DNA of 64,000 bases from Bacilli bacterium (GTDB taxonomy: Bacteria > Bacillota_I > Bacilli_A > RFN20 > CAG-826), in the NCBI GenBank assembly GCA_045628045.1, contig JAZQOV010000006.1, positions 16,116 through 80,115 of the forward strand, given 5' to 3'. The position numbers and the translations under genes are program-made. Numbering within the stretch: the stretch's first letter is position 1; each line of letters opens with the position of its first letter. Shown here piece by piece: positions 18,627 through 28,476 of this stretch. Under the pieces are notes generated by a model. That model was not told the DNA's origin and ran no database searches. It saw nothing but the letters and a program-made list of their open reading frames with translations.

Positions 18627-21600
18627 TTTTTATTTTTTGCCTTTTTATCAAGCTCTTTAATTTCTTCGCGATATTTTGCCATTTCCTCAGAGTTTGCTAA
18701 GATCCAGTGACCCTTTGTAATTTCTTGAAGGGTTGGCTTTTCTTTAGAATAATCATGAACTTTATTTGGTTCATAAACAATTCTTTTACGTGTTTTCTCT
18801 GTTAATGGATCTGGTTTTGGAATAGCAGAAAGAAGTGCTTTTGCGTATGGATGGAGTGGATGCTTAAAGAGTTCTTCACTTGAAGCAAGTTCCACCATTT
18901 CTCCAAAATACATAACTGCAATTCTATCGCAGAAATATTTAACGACTGAGAGGTCGTGAGCAATAAACATAATTGTTAAGCCCATTTCTTCTTTTAAGTC
19001 ATTAAGAAGATTGATAATTTGAGCTCTAATTGAGACGTCAAGAGCAGAAATTGGTTCGTCACAAATTAAGAATGAAGGATTCATAACAAGTGCACGAGCA
19101 ATGCCAATACGTTGTCTTTGTCCACCTGAGAACTCATGTGGATAACGAGAAGCGAATTCTGGAATAAGTCCGACTTTTGTTAAGACATCTGCAACCTTTT
19201 TGCTATTAGCAAACTTATTGCGTTGACCTTGAATCTTTAAACCTTCTTGAATAATGTCTTCAACAGTCATTCTTGGATCAAGAGAATCAACAGGGTCTTG
19301 GAAAATCATTTGCATCTTGCTAAGAAGCTTCTTGTCAACATGTCTATTATCATAGTTAATTTGTTTAATAATAGCTTTTTGAGTTTTCTTGGTTTCACTA
19401 ATATGATTTTCGATTTCTTTAATTTGTTTTTCGTAACTTGATCTAATTTGATTTTGTCTTTTTGATGATTCTGAAACATATTTCTTGTTATAAACACCTT
19501 TGGTGACAAGATAATCAATAAACTTAATTATAAAGTAAACTGCTGCACCAATAGCAAGATAAGCAACAGGAACGTACTCTGCAAGGAATGCAAAACAGAG
19601 TAATTCAAATAAATAACCGAGAATGCTAGATAAAACAATCTTTGCACGTTTTGCCTTAATAAATGGTGAATTATTTAAAACATCTTTGTTTCCGGTTCTT
19701 AAAAGCATAAGGATTCTAAGTGGAATCATGCAAATAACAACAAATACAATAATTCTTAAAGCTAAAATAATATCGATAATTTCTAATGTGCCTAAGATAA
19801 TTGCACCTAAACATGTTAAGATGCAAATAACTGTAAAAATAAATGCTGCGAGGAAATTTTGTCCTAAATATCTAAAATAATCTCTTAAATAACGGCCATG
19901 TTTCTTAGCATGGGTTTTCTCAATCTTATTTAATTTAGCTTCGCTAACCTTGATTTGTTTACGAAGTGATTTCCTATCTAAACGAAGAGAGCGTTTAAGT
20001 TCTCTATATTTTCTATTACGCATTTTCTTATTCTTAATTTCGTCATATTTAAGAACTTCGCCTTCGAAATTAATCTTTAAATTTGCGTAGTCTTCACGTT
20101 TATTAATAAGTGTGCTATGTGCAAAGAAAAGATTTTTATCTTCTTTTCTATTTTTTGCTACATAATGAGTTTCAAATTTCTTAATTTTTCTAAGAGCTTT
20201 AACGTTGTTATGCCCTTTAATTTTGGCTTCTTTTCTAAGATATTTTGCTTCTTTTATTTGTTTATCATAGAAAGTAGCAATTCTGTTTTTGAAATTCTTA
20301 AATTCAACATCAGCAAATTTCTTGTTATATCTAATTTGAACGATAATAAAATCAAGAATTAAATAAGCAAAATAAATTCCTGCGGATATTGAAATCCATT
20401 TTTGAGAAAGTGCTTTGCAAATAAATGCAATTCCGCAAATCTCAAAAGCAAGTGATAAAACCACGAATAAAGCAACTTTAATAGGTCTTACAATAATAAA
20501 CCCAGAATTGCTTTCTCCTTCAGCTTTACCAACTCTAATGAGAAGTAGTACTCCAAAAGGAATAAGGCAAATAATTGCAAATACAATATAAGTTAATAAT
20601 GAATTAATTGATATTAAGTTAGATAAGCTAAGAAGCAATAAGCCAACACCAATTAGAATTGCACCAATAATTGCAATAATTGATTCAAAACTATATTTTT
20701 TAACGAATTTTGAATAATCTCTTAAGAATGAATGGCTCTTTCTTAGGCGAACCTTTTCAATTGATTTAATACGTTTTTCAATTTCAGCAATTGCTTCAGA
20801 AATCGAGATTTCGCTTAAAGCGAATGCATGATTAATTTCATCTCTTTTAACTGAACGTTGTTTTCTGTTCTTAATAAACTTTAAAGTACGTAATTCAGCT
20901 TGATAATTAATATCTAAATTTGCGTATTCTTCATAGCTACTTGCAAGAGACTTTTGAAGTTCTGATAAAACTTTAATGTCTTGTTTATTAGCTGCAACAT
21001 AACGAAGTTGTTCTTTCTTTACAAATTTAAGAGCTTTAATTCGATTATGTTGTTTGATTCTAGCTTCTTTAATGGCGAATTTAACATCGCTAATTTGATT
21101 TTTATATGAAATTTTTGTTTCTTTAATTCGTTTTGCTAAAGGAGCGTCAAGATGTTTTCTCCTATAAGCTGCTCTAATAAAGAAGAAATCAATAATGTTA
21201 TATAAAATATAAACACATGCTCCACAGAAGAAGTAAATTCTTGGTAAATAGCCAAGTATTACAGCAAATCCAATGAGTTCAATTAGAACTGACAGAATTG
21301 CAAAAATGGCTATTTTTATTGGTTTAATTTTGACAAATGAAACACCACTATCATCATTAGATTTATTAAGTCTAAAGATTTTAACCATTTCAAATTGCAT
21401 GATTAAAAGTAAACCAACAGTTACATATGTTAAGTAAGGATTTAGATCAACAAAATATGAAGCGCTAAGGAAAACTAATCCAAGTGCGATTAAGATTATT
21501 CCAATAATAGAAAGAGCTAATCTAAATGGATGTTTACTTCCTTGTTTAAAGTAATCCTTCAAGAAGTGATTATGTTTTCTTACACGGGTCTTTTCAATTC

Positions 21601-22204
21601 TACGAATATTGGCTTTAGTTTCTTTAATAACTCGTTTATTTTGTTTTTTAGTTACATTGTAACTATGTTTAATCTCAGATTTCTTGTTAGCACGAAGTTC
21701 TAAGTCTTCAATTTCTCTAAGATTAAGACATGCTTCTTCATAATTTGCTTTCAAATTAGCACGTTCTTCAATCTTTTCACCTAATGTTCTTTGGAGTTTA
21801 CGAAGTGGTTCAACATCCTTTTTATTAATGGTTACATAAGTAAGTTCAGAGTTCATTTCTGATCTAAGAGCTTTAATCTTATTTTTACCTTTAATTCTTG
21901 TCCATTTAATTTCTTTTTCATTCCATCTTTTGCCTGCGCTTATACGATGTCCTTCGAAATAAACAGAACCTGATGTAATGTTGTAAAGTCTAATTAAAGA
22001 ACGACCTGTTGTGGTTTTACCACAACCAGATTCACCAACAACACCAAAACATTCACCTTTTTTAATATCAAAAGATACATCGTGAACTGCTTTTGTGGTA
22101 AGTGAATTAGAGCCATGTCCAAACTTAAAATATTGTTTCAAGTGACGGACAGAAACTTCTACATTATTGTCAACAAGTGACTTATCAAAAGTAACCTTAC
22201 GCAT
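18617..22204 (-). CDS. oppF: OppF-type oligopeptide ABC ATPase carrying an ~837-aa insertion (three 279-aa repeats, 12 predicted TM helices) between Walker A and the Q-loop
   Basis: 1195 aa. Walker A GESGCGKTT at aa 57-65 and Q-loop MQMIFQDP at aa 964-971, followed by FSGGQRQR, LICDEPISALD, FIAHDL and the Opp C-terminal tail. The start overlaps oppD by 8 nt. Confidence 0.85.
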   Translation of the reverse strand: MRKVTFDKSLVDNNVEVSVRHLKQYFKFGHGSNSLTTKAVHDVSFDIKKGECFGVVGESGCGKTTTGRSLIRLYNITSGSVYFEGHRISAGKRWNEKEIKWTRIKGKNKIKALRSEMNSELTYVTINKKDVEPLRKLQRTLGEKIEERANLKANYEEACLNLREIEDLELRANKKSEIKHSYNVTKKQNKRVIKETKANIRRIEKTRVRKHNHFLKDYFKQGSKHPFRLALSIIGIILIALGLVFLSASYFVDLNPYLTYVTVGLLLIMQFEMVKIFRLNKSNDDSGVSFVKIKPIKIAIFAILSVLIELIGFAVILGYLPRIYFFCGACVYILYNIIDFFFIRAAYRRKHLDAPLAKRIKETKISYKNQISDVKFAIKEARIKQHNRIKALKFVKKEQLRYVAANKQDIKVLSELQKSLASSYEEYANLDINYQAELRTLKFIKNRKQRSVKRDEINHAFALSEISISEAIAEIEKRIKSIEKVRLRKSHSFLRDYSKFVKKYSFESIIAIIGAILIGVGLLLLSLSNLISINSLLTYIVFAIICLIPFGVLLLIRVGKAEGESNSGFIIVRPIKVALFVVLSLAFEICGIAFICKALSQKWISISAGIYFAYLILDFIIVQIRYNKKFADVEFKNFKNRIATFYDKQIKEAKYLRKEAKIKGHNNVKALRKIKKFETHYVAKNRKEDKNLFFAHSTLINKREDYANLKINFEGEVLKYDEIKNKKMRNRKYRELKRSLRLDRKSLRKQIKVSEAKLNKIEKTHAKKHGRYLRDYFRYLGQNFLAAFIFTVICILTCLGAIILGTLEIIDIILALRIIVFVVICMIPLRILMLLRTGNKDVLNNSPFIKAKRAKIVLSSILGYLFELLCFAFLAEYVPVAYLAIGAAVYFIIKFIDYLVTKGVYNKKYVSESSKRQNQIRSSYEKQIKEIENHISETKKTQKAIIKQINYDNRHVDKKLLSKMQMIFQDPVDSLDPRMTVEDIIQEGLKIQGQRNKFANSKKVADVLTKVGLIPEFASRYPHEFSGGQRQRIGIARALVMNPSFLICDEPISALDVSIRAQIINLLNDLKEEMGLTIMFIAHDLSVVKYFCDRIAVMYFGEMVELASSEELFKHPLHPYAKALLSAIPKPDPLTEKTRKRIVYEPNKVHDYSKEKPTLQEITKGHWILANSEEMAKYREEIKELDKKAKNKKAH

Positions 22205-23990
22205 GTGCTTTATCTCCCTTCTTTGCTTTTAAGGAGTTTGCAATACGAGTTTTAACGATACGTGGCATTGTAACTTTTGGAGCACGTGGATCAAGAAGCC
22301 ATGTTGCTGCATAGTGAGTGTCACTAACTTTAAATAAAGGTGGTTCCTTCTTAAAGTCAATTTCCATAGCATATTTACTACGTAAAGCAAATGCATCACC
22401 CTTTGGAGGGTAAATCATATTTGGAGGAGTTCCTGGAATTGCCTCAAGTTTTTCATTTGAGTCAACATCTGGAATTGAGGAAAGAAGAGCCCAAGTGTAT
22501 GGATGTCTTGGATCATAGAAAATTTCTTCTTCTGTTCCATATTCAACAATCTTGCCTGCATACATAACTGCGACTCTGTCTGCCATGTTAGCGACAACAC
22601 CTAAGTCGTGAGTAATGAAAATACAAGAAAGTTGTCTTTCTTTCTTTAAATTGTTAATAAGTTCAAGAATTTGAGCTTGAATTGTAACGTCAAGAGCTGT
22701 TGTAGGTTCATCACAGATTAAAATGTCTGGATCTGCTGTTAATGCAATAGCAATAACAATACGTTGTCTCATACCACCTGAGAATTCAAATGGATATTGT
22801 CTATAACGTTTTTCTGGATCTTTAATGCCGACTTCTTCCATAATCTTTAAAGCTCTAGCTTTAGCTTCAGCTTTTGTGATTCTTAATTTGCTTAAATATT
22901 CAATGCGAAGAGCTTTGCGTTCTGCTCTTAAACGTCTAAAGAAGAACTTGTGTCCACTACGTCTTACTCTTCTTGGAGCACTTCTGCGTTTGAGTTTATA
23001 TCCATAATGTTCACATTTCTTGTAAATCTTTACTTCACGTTTTGCAACTTTAGTTCTTGCTTTATATTCAGCTTTGAGTTTCTTAATAAGTGGAACATAT
23101 TTTGCCTTCAAAGCATTCTTGTTGTTTTTTGAATTTCCTTGAAGCTCTGCGATTTCAGTGTCAAATTTGATGGTTAATTGCTTAATCTTCTCTTTTGATT
23201 GCTTACTAAGCTCGGATTTTGATGCTCTTACAGCGTGCAAATTATATTTGTATGATTTAGCAAGTTGAGCAAGTTTAAGTTTTTTATTTTTCTTTGCTTG
23301 GGCAATTGCTTTCTTTGAAGCACGTTTGTTCTTCATTTTTTCAGCTGCAGCCACTGCACTTCTAAATTCATCTTCAGCGGCAAACTTAGATGCGCCATAT
23401 TCACGTTTAAGTGAATAAGCACGACCTTCAATGTCGTTTGTCACAAAGTTTCTTGCTTGAGCGATTTGTTTTTTCTTCTCACTCTTTAAGAACTTAATGT
23501 TTTCGCTATATTTAGCAAGTCCACTTCTAAGTTCTGTTTCGGCGTTTTTGTATGCAGAAAGTTCTTTAGAAACTAAATCTTCGTACATTTTCTTTGTGCG
23601 TGAAGCATTAATAAGCATAGCTTCAGTGATTTGTTTCCCAATACGCATGATTGGGTTAAGTGAAGAAAGTGGGTCTTGGAAAATCATTCCAATTTTGTGA
23701 CCTCTGATTCTGTGGAATTCATCCTCAGAAACTTTAGTGAGGTCTTCGCCTTCATACATAATTGAGCCTTCAACGATACGACCGTTTGAGGCTAAAATGC
23801 CCATGATTGCTTTGTTTGTAACTGATTTTCCGGATCCTGATTCACCAACAATACAAAGGGTTTCGCCCTTGTATAAATCAAATGAAACACCACGGACAGC
23901 TTGAACATAACCATGGTCAGTGGAGAAATGAATACGTAAATCTTTTACGCTTAATAATGGAGTTTTCTTTGTTGTAGCCATATTATTCAC
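22197..23990 (-). CDS. oppD: OppD-type oligopeptide ABC ATPase with an ~240-aa Lys/Ala/Glu-rich insertion in the helical subdomain
   Basis: 597 aa. GESGSGKSV, MIFQDPLSSLNP, FSGGMRQR, LICDEPTTALD and FITHDL are present. Residues ~131-369 are low-complexity and charged with no ABC counterpart. It overlaps oppC by 8 nt. Confidence 0.85.
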   Translation of the reverse strand: MNNMATTKKTPLLSVKDLRIHFSTDHGYVQAVRGVSFDLYKGETLCIVGESGSGKSVTNKAIMGILASNGRIVEGSIMYEGEDLTKVSEDEFHRIRGHKIGMIFQDPLSSLNPIMRIGKQITEAMLINASRTKKMYEDLVSKELSAYKNAETELRSGLAKYSENIKFLKSEKKKQIAQARNFVTNDIEGRAYSLKREYGASKFAAEDEFRSAVAAAEKMKNKRASKKAIAQAKKNKKLKLAQLAKSYKYNLHAVRASKSELSKQSKEKIKQLTIKFDTEIAELQGNSKNNKNALKAKYVPLIKKLKAEYKARTKVAKREVKIYKKCEHYGYKLKRRSAPRRVRRSGHKFFFRRLRAERKALRIEYLSKLRITKAEAKARALKIMEEVGIKDPEKRYRQYPFEFSGGMRQRIVIAIALTADPDILICDEPTTALDVTIQAQILELINNLKKERQLSCIFITHDLGVVANMADRVAVMYAGKIVEYGTEEEIFYDPRHPYTWALLSSIPDVDSNEKLEAIPGTPPNMIYPPKGDAFALRSKYAMEIDFKKEPPLFKVSDTHYAATWLLDPRAPKVTMPRIVKTRIANSLKAKKGDKAHA

Positions 23991-26088
23991 CTTCTCCTTT
24001 CAAACTTGGGTTAACAGCATCTCTTAAGCCGTTACCGAACAAGTTAAATGAAATCATAAGTAATGCGATGATAACTGATGGGAAAATTAACAAATATGGA
24101 TGGTTTGTTAACTCGATTTGGTTATCGGAAAGAATAACACCTAAAGAGGCTAAGTTTTTAAATCCTAAACCTAAATAAGAAATTGTAGCTTCGCTAAAGA
24201 TAACACTTGGGACCATTAAGACTGCTGAAGTAATAATTGTACCCATGGCGTTTGGAAGAATGTGGCGAGCAATAAGTCGACCATTCGAAGCACCAAGTGT
24301 TCTAGAGGCCAAAACGTACTCTCGACCCCTAAATCTATAGAACTGAGTACGCGTTGTTGCAGCTGTACCAATCCAACCTGTTAAACAAAGCGCTAAAGCG
24401 AATGTAAAGAAGTTGGATCCAAGTTTAATAATTGTAAGTGTCATAACGACAATCCATGGAACACCAGCAAGAATATCTGTGAAACGTTCCATAATAAGGT
24501 CGACTGCACCGCCAAAGTAACCACAGACAGAACCCCAGATCAAACCAAATAAGAAACAAATTACTGTTGTGGCAAGGCCAAGGAGAAGAGAAGTTCTAAG
24601 TCCTTCAAAAACATAAATAAACATGTCTCTTCCTGTAACATCTGTTCCTAAAATGAATTTTGGCATCTTATCAAGGCCATATTTCATCTTGTAGTAATAA
24701 ACTTCGACTTTAATATGATCAACAAGTCCTGTTGTTTGGTCTAATACGACATCATCTTTTGTAAAGACTTCAACAAATGGACATTTTTCTTTATTTAAAA
24801 TCTCACATTTGCATGAAGTTATTTCATAAAGTCCGGTTTCATCGTTAATTTCAGTCTTAACACTGTAATTGATGTATCCTTTGTTTTTAAGTTCTTTAAG
24901 TTGGGTGTTATACATATCAACAACACGTGCACCCAATACAGCTTCGTATGTGTCATAAGTGAATGAACAAAGAACTGCTCTTATTAAATAAGAGGTATCT
25001 CTAGAATAAGAGGTATTGGAGATATTTTTCCAATAACCTGGTTCTGTTGATAAACGTTTTGCTTCATCATTTCCATCTTTAAATGAATAAGCATTAAATA
25101 CTTCGTTTGCGTCATCGTCATAAGTATCGCACTTAATGTTGATTGATTTAATCAAAGTGCAAGCTTGTTTAACTTCTGGATTATTTTTAACTCTAATTTC
25201 AAGTGTTGGGTTATCAATTTTTGAATCTAAATTAAGAGCTTTTCCGTTTTCGTCTTTCATTTCTAAGAACATGTCACGGATATTAATTGAAGATTCTTGT
25301 CCACCAACATCATGAGACATTGCCCATGAAGTTAATTGGATTTCATAATCAACAAGATTTTGGCTGAATGAGAAGAATAAAGCATTCTCGGCATCTTTAT
25401 AACCTGTTGGGAATTCTTTTGTCTTTTCATCGCTTGCTTCAAGCTTAATAGTGTCATAAGTAACAAAGTTATCTATGATAAAATCACCATCAAGGTCGAA
25501 TTCTTTAAGTTTTGCTTCTGTAGCATAGCTAACGTATTCAACGTCTGCTGGCATTGAGAAATAACCGAATTGGACAAAACCTTCTCTGAAATATTTATTT
25601 GCAGAGGTAACGTATTGTTCTTCACCAATAACTAAATCAGAAACAGCGTTTTTGTTGTATCGATCGTAATCTGGTCCCCATTCATCTTTGTTTGAACTTG
25701 AAGTATCAACAGCAATGTCCACCATTTTCTTAGTTCCATCCCAGAAACCAGTGCCAGAGTTAAATAATTTTGGCTCTAAGTAATAAAGTTCTGGATGTGA
25801 TGAATTTGTTTCGTGAACTTCGCTTGTTTTGCAAACGACTGGAACAAGAACAGACATTACAAGTAAAATGCCTAAAATAACGGTTGCAACAACACTTGAT
25901 TTGTTTTTTGCAAATCTCCTTAAGCAGTCTTTAAAGAATGTGGTTGGCTTAGTCTCAAATTTTTGATCATGAATTTTAGTGTTCGCTTGAACAAGCTTAA
26001 AATCAGACTTAGAAATGCTTGGATCTAAGGCTTCGACTGGGAGATTTTTTAAATTGAATTCATTTTTAGCGTTTTTCATATTATGCAT
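23983..26088 (-). CDS. oppC: OppC-type permease with an ~390-aa extracytoplasmic insertion after TM1
   Basis: The C-terminal ~220 aa is a BPD_transp_1 core (LGTDVTGRDMF..., ...LASRTLGASNGRLIARHILPN). The start is set at ATG 26088, which has GGGGGAG just upstream and an 8-nt overlap with oppB, matching the other junctions. The ORF track extends to 26166. Confidence 0.8.
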   Translation of the reverse strand: MHNMKNAKNEFNLKNLPVEALDPSISKSDFKLVQANTKIHDQKFETKPTTFFKDCLRRFAKNKSSVVATVILGILLVMSVLVPVVCKTSEVHETNSSHPELYYLEPKLFNSGTGFWDGTKKMVDIAVDTSSSNKDEWGPDYDRYNKNAVSDLVIGEEQYVTSANKYFREGFVQFGYFSMPADVEYVSYATEAKLKEFDLDGDFIIDNFVTYDTIKLEASDEKTKEFPTGYKDAENALFFSFSQNLVDYEIQLTSWAMSHDVGGQESSINIRDMFLEMKDENGKALNLDSKIDNPTLEIRVKNNPEVKQACTLIKSINIKCDTYDDDANEVFNAYSFKDGNDEAKRLSTEPGYWKNISNTSYSRDTSYLIRAVLCSFTYDTYEAVLGARVVDMYNTQLKELKNKGYINYSVKTEINDETGLYEITSCKCEILNKEKCPFVEVFTKDDVVLDQTTGLVDHIKVEVYYYKMKYGLDKMPKFILGTDVTGRDMFIYVFEGLRTSLLLGLATTVICFLFGLIWGSVCGYFGGAVDLIMERFTDILAGVPWIVVMTLTIIKLGSNFFTFALALCLTGWIGTAATTRTQFYRFRGREYVLASRTLGASNGRLIARHILPNAMGTIITSAVLMVPSVIFSEATISYLGLGFKNLASLGVILSDNQIELTNHPYLLIFPSVIIALLMISFNLFGNGLRDAVNPSLKGEGE

Positions 26089-27127
26089 TCTTCTCCCCCA
26101 TTCTGATACGTGGGTCAATAAATCCATATGAAAGGTCGAGGACAATACCTGCAAGTAAACCGACAATTGTAAAGATTGCCATGTCTACTAAAAGGACGTT
26201 GTAGTCTGGGTTTGATTGATTTAAAGCCCTAATATAAATATTTCCAATACCTGGAATATCGTAAATTGATTCAAGAATCATACTTCCGGAGAAAACACCG
26301 ATGAATTCTGCCAAAATTGATGGAAGAATTGGAACGAATGCATTTCTTAAAGCATGACGAGTAATGGCTTGGCGTTTTGTTAAGCCTTTTGTGCGCGCGA
26401 GTAATAGATATTCGCTAGACATAACTTCACAAAGTTCAGCTCTAACGAAACGTGTGTAACCACAAACAGAGCCAAAGCTTAGTGACATAACTGGAATAAT
26501 GTAAGCTAAAATTCTTATTTTAAGTTCAGCATCTTTTGTTGGCCACATTGTTGGAAGACCGCCTTTGAATGCTAACAAATAAACTAAGAAAATGATAATG
26601 ACGAATGATGGGATAGAAATAAAAATCATAACAAGAGTTGAAATTGTGTGGTCAACCCAAGTATTTTTCTTAAGTCCTGCAATAATACCAAAAAGAATTC
26701 CTAAAGGAACTGAGATTAAAACAGAAATAATATTAACCGAGAATGAAATTGGGAGTCTATCAAAGATGATTTTGATTGCAGATGCATTTGGTTCAATAAC
26801 TGTAGATCTGCCCCAGTCCCATTTAGTTACAATGTTTTTAAGCCATGTAGTGTATTGTTCAAAAATAGGTTTTGTATAAAAATAGTGCTTAGTACCATTA
26901 AGCTCTGTAAATGATTCAAGAAGTTTACCAAGTTCATCATGAGGAACTGGCATATCAACAACATATCCAAGTTCGACTTGGTCAAGATAGAAAGCGTAAC
27001 GAACACTTTCAGTTGGAGATACAACGCCGGTTGGCGGTAAGGATTTGATTAAGAAAAATGTTAACGTCAAAATAATAAATGCTGTGACAAACGCTAACAA
27101 TATTCTTTTAATAGAGTACTTTAACAT
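26081..27127 (-). CDS. oppB: OppB-type permease
   Basis: 348 aa. N-terminus MLKYSIKRILLAFVTAFIILTLTFFL and the EAA-like block LLARTKGLTKRQAITRHALRNA. Confidence 0.85.
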   Translation of the reverse strand: MLKYSIKRILLAFVTAFIILTLTFFLIKSLPPTGVVSPTESVRYAFYLDQVELGYVVDMPVPHDELGKLLESFTELNGTKHYFYTKPIFEQYTTWLKNIVTKWDWGRSTVIEPNASAIKIIFDRLPISFSVNIISVLISVPLGILFGIIAGLKKNTWVDHTISTLVMIFISIPSFVIIIFLVYLLAFKGGLPTMWPTKDAELKIRILAYIIPVMSLSFGSVCGYTRFVRAELCEVMSSEYLLLARTKGLTKRQAITRHALRNAFVPILPSILAEFIGVFSGSMILESIYDIPGIGNIYIRALNQSNPDYNVLLVDMAIFTIVGLLAGIVLDLSYGFIDPRIRMGEKNA

Positions 27128-27230
27128 TTTATAAAAACCTCGGTTTTTCTATCGTTTCGCAAAACGCTTTTATATTATATAAAAAAGTCAATGGTTATTC
27201 AATGAACATTTAAATTAAAATTTAAGTATG

Positions 27231-27257
27231 AAAAAAAGATGGCCACGAATGACCACC
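27231..27257 (-). terminator. Rho-independent terminator between the lipoprotein gene and oppB
   Basis: Minus strand reads GGTGGTCA-TTCG-TGGCCATC followed by TTTTTTT. Confidence 0.6.
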
Positions 27258-27268
27258 TTTTTTACTCA

Positions 27269-28456
27269 TTATAAATCGTACATTGTGTCGACTAATTTGT
27301 AGCCGTTATCTTTTGGATTTTGAACCTTAACAATTTCAAATTCTTCATCAAATATTTGGCTACGATTGAATGACCTAGTCCAGTGCTTTCCTTCGAGCTC
27401 ATATGACATTGTCATATCAGCTGTTAAAGTTCTGGTTAAATTCTTACTATTTAAGAAGTCTTGTTTATAGACATAATCATAGAGAGTATCTGTTGGAATA
27501 TTGAAGTAATTTATTTCATCATCAGCATCAACAACTTGCTTTGTTCCGCTCTCGCTATAAGAGAGTAAAAGTGATTCTTCATCAACAGAATAAAACTTTG
27601 TGGAGGACATGCCAATAAAGTCACTAAAATCTGTTTTTCCATCAAAATCTTCAAGAGCATCATTGACAATCTTTTCACCACTTACGAAGAAACAATTGAG
27701 AATACCTTTAATAGCTTCATCGTATGTTTCGTAGGCTGATGTATTTAAGTCAAAATAGTTCTTTTCGTTCTCGGTAATGTGGATCATTCTTACATATTGA
27801 CCATAGTTAATTTGGTAGAAAATCCATTTGCCATCTGATACTTCTGGAGCTCCGCCTTCAGTACGATAAGTGATGTAAGGTCCTTCAACAAAGAAGTAGC
27901 CTGCATCCATATCATAACCAATTGCTTCATAGCTCTGACTTCCGTATTGTTGAACTCCTTCACATCCATAGAATTCTTCACTATATTCGTAGCGAACGCA
28001 TTTTCTAACATGTGAATAGCTTTCAGAATTATATTTGTTCTTAATGTTATCAATAACACCTTGAACATCAGCTTTAGCTGATGAAGCAGAAACAATTGCT
28101 CTTACTTTTCTTGAAATTTTCCCATCTTTTGAAGTGATAAGAATGTCTGTGTAGCCTTTCTTGTGGCCAGTTAAAACACCAGTTTCAGAAACGCTAACAA
28201 TTGATTCATCATTTGATGTAAATTCAATTTGGTTAAGAGTGTATTGTTCTGGGAATGACTCGATTTCAATTTGTTTAGTTTCATTAACAGTTAAATTGTA
28301 ACTAAGTCTTTTCGCAGAGAAATAATCATTATCTTGATAACCAATACCAGGAAAATTATAGACATGAGTCTCAATATTCGCTGATTTAGGTCCACATGAA
28401 GCTAAAGCAACAATACCGACAGCACCTGTAAGAAGAGTTAATAATCTTTTATTCAT
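27269..28456 (-). CDS. Lipoprotein with a Big_2-like domain, function unknown
   Basis: 395 aa with lipobox LAS-C. The Big_2-like segment is SNDESIVSVSETGVLTGHKKGYTDILITS. Confidence 0.6.
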   Translation of the reverse strand: MNKRLLTLLTGAVGIVALASCGPKSANIETHVYNFPGIGYQDNDYFSAKRLSYNLTVNETKQIEIESFPEQYTLNQIEFTSNDESIVSVSETGVLTGHKKGYTDILITSKDGKISRKVRAIVSASSAKADVQGVIDNIKNKYNSESYSHVRKCVRYEYSEEFYGCEGVQQYGSQSYEAIGYDMDAGYFFVEGPYITYRTEGGAPEVSDGKWIFYQINYGQYVRMIHITENEKNYFDLNTSAYETYDEAIKGILNCFFVSGEKIVNDALEDFDGKTDFSDFIGMSSTKFYSVDEESLLLSYSESGTKQVVDADDEINYFNIPTDTLYDYVYKQDFLNSKNLTRTLTADMTMSYELEGKHWTRSFNRSQIFDEEFEIVKVQNPKDNGYKLVDTMYDL

Positions 28457-28476
28457 AATAGTGCCTTCCCGACGTA

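Noticed and set aside
18617-22204. The OppF insertion as an artefact of fused genes or a frameshift
   Set aside because: There is one uninterrupted 1195-codon frame with both NBD halves in the same frame. The three repeats have an exact 279-codon period. The start overlaps oppD by the same 8 nt seen at the oppB/C and oppC/D junctions. This still deserves read-level confirmation.
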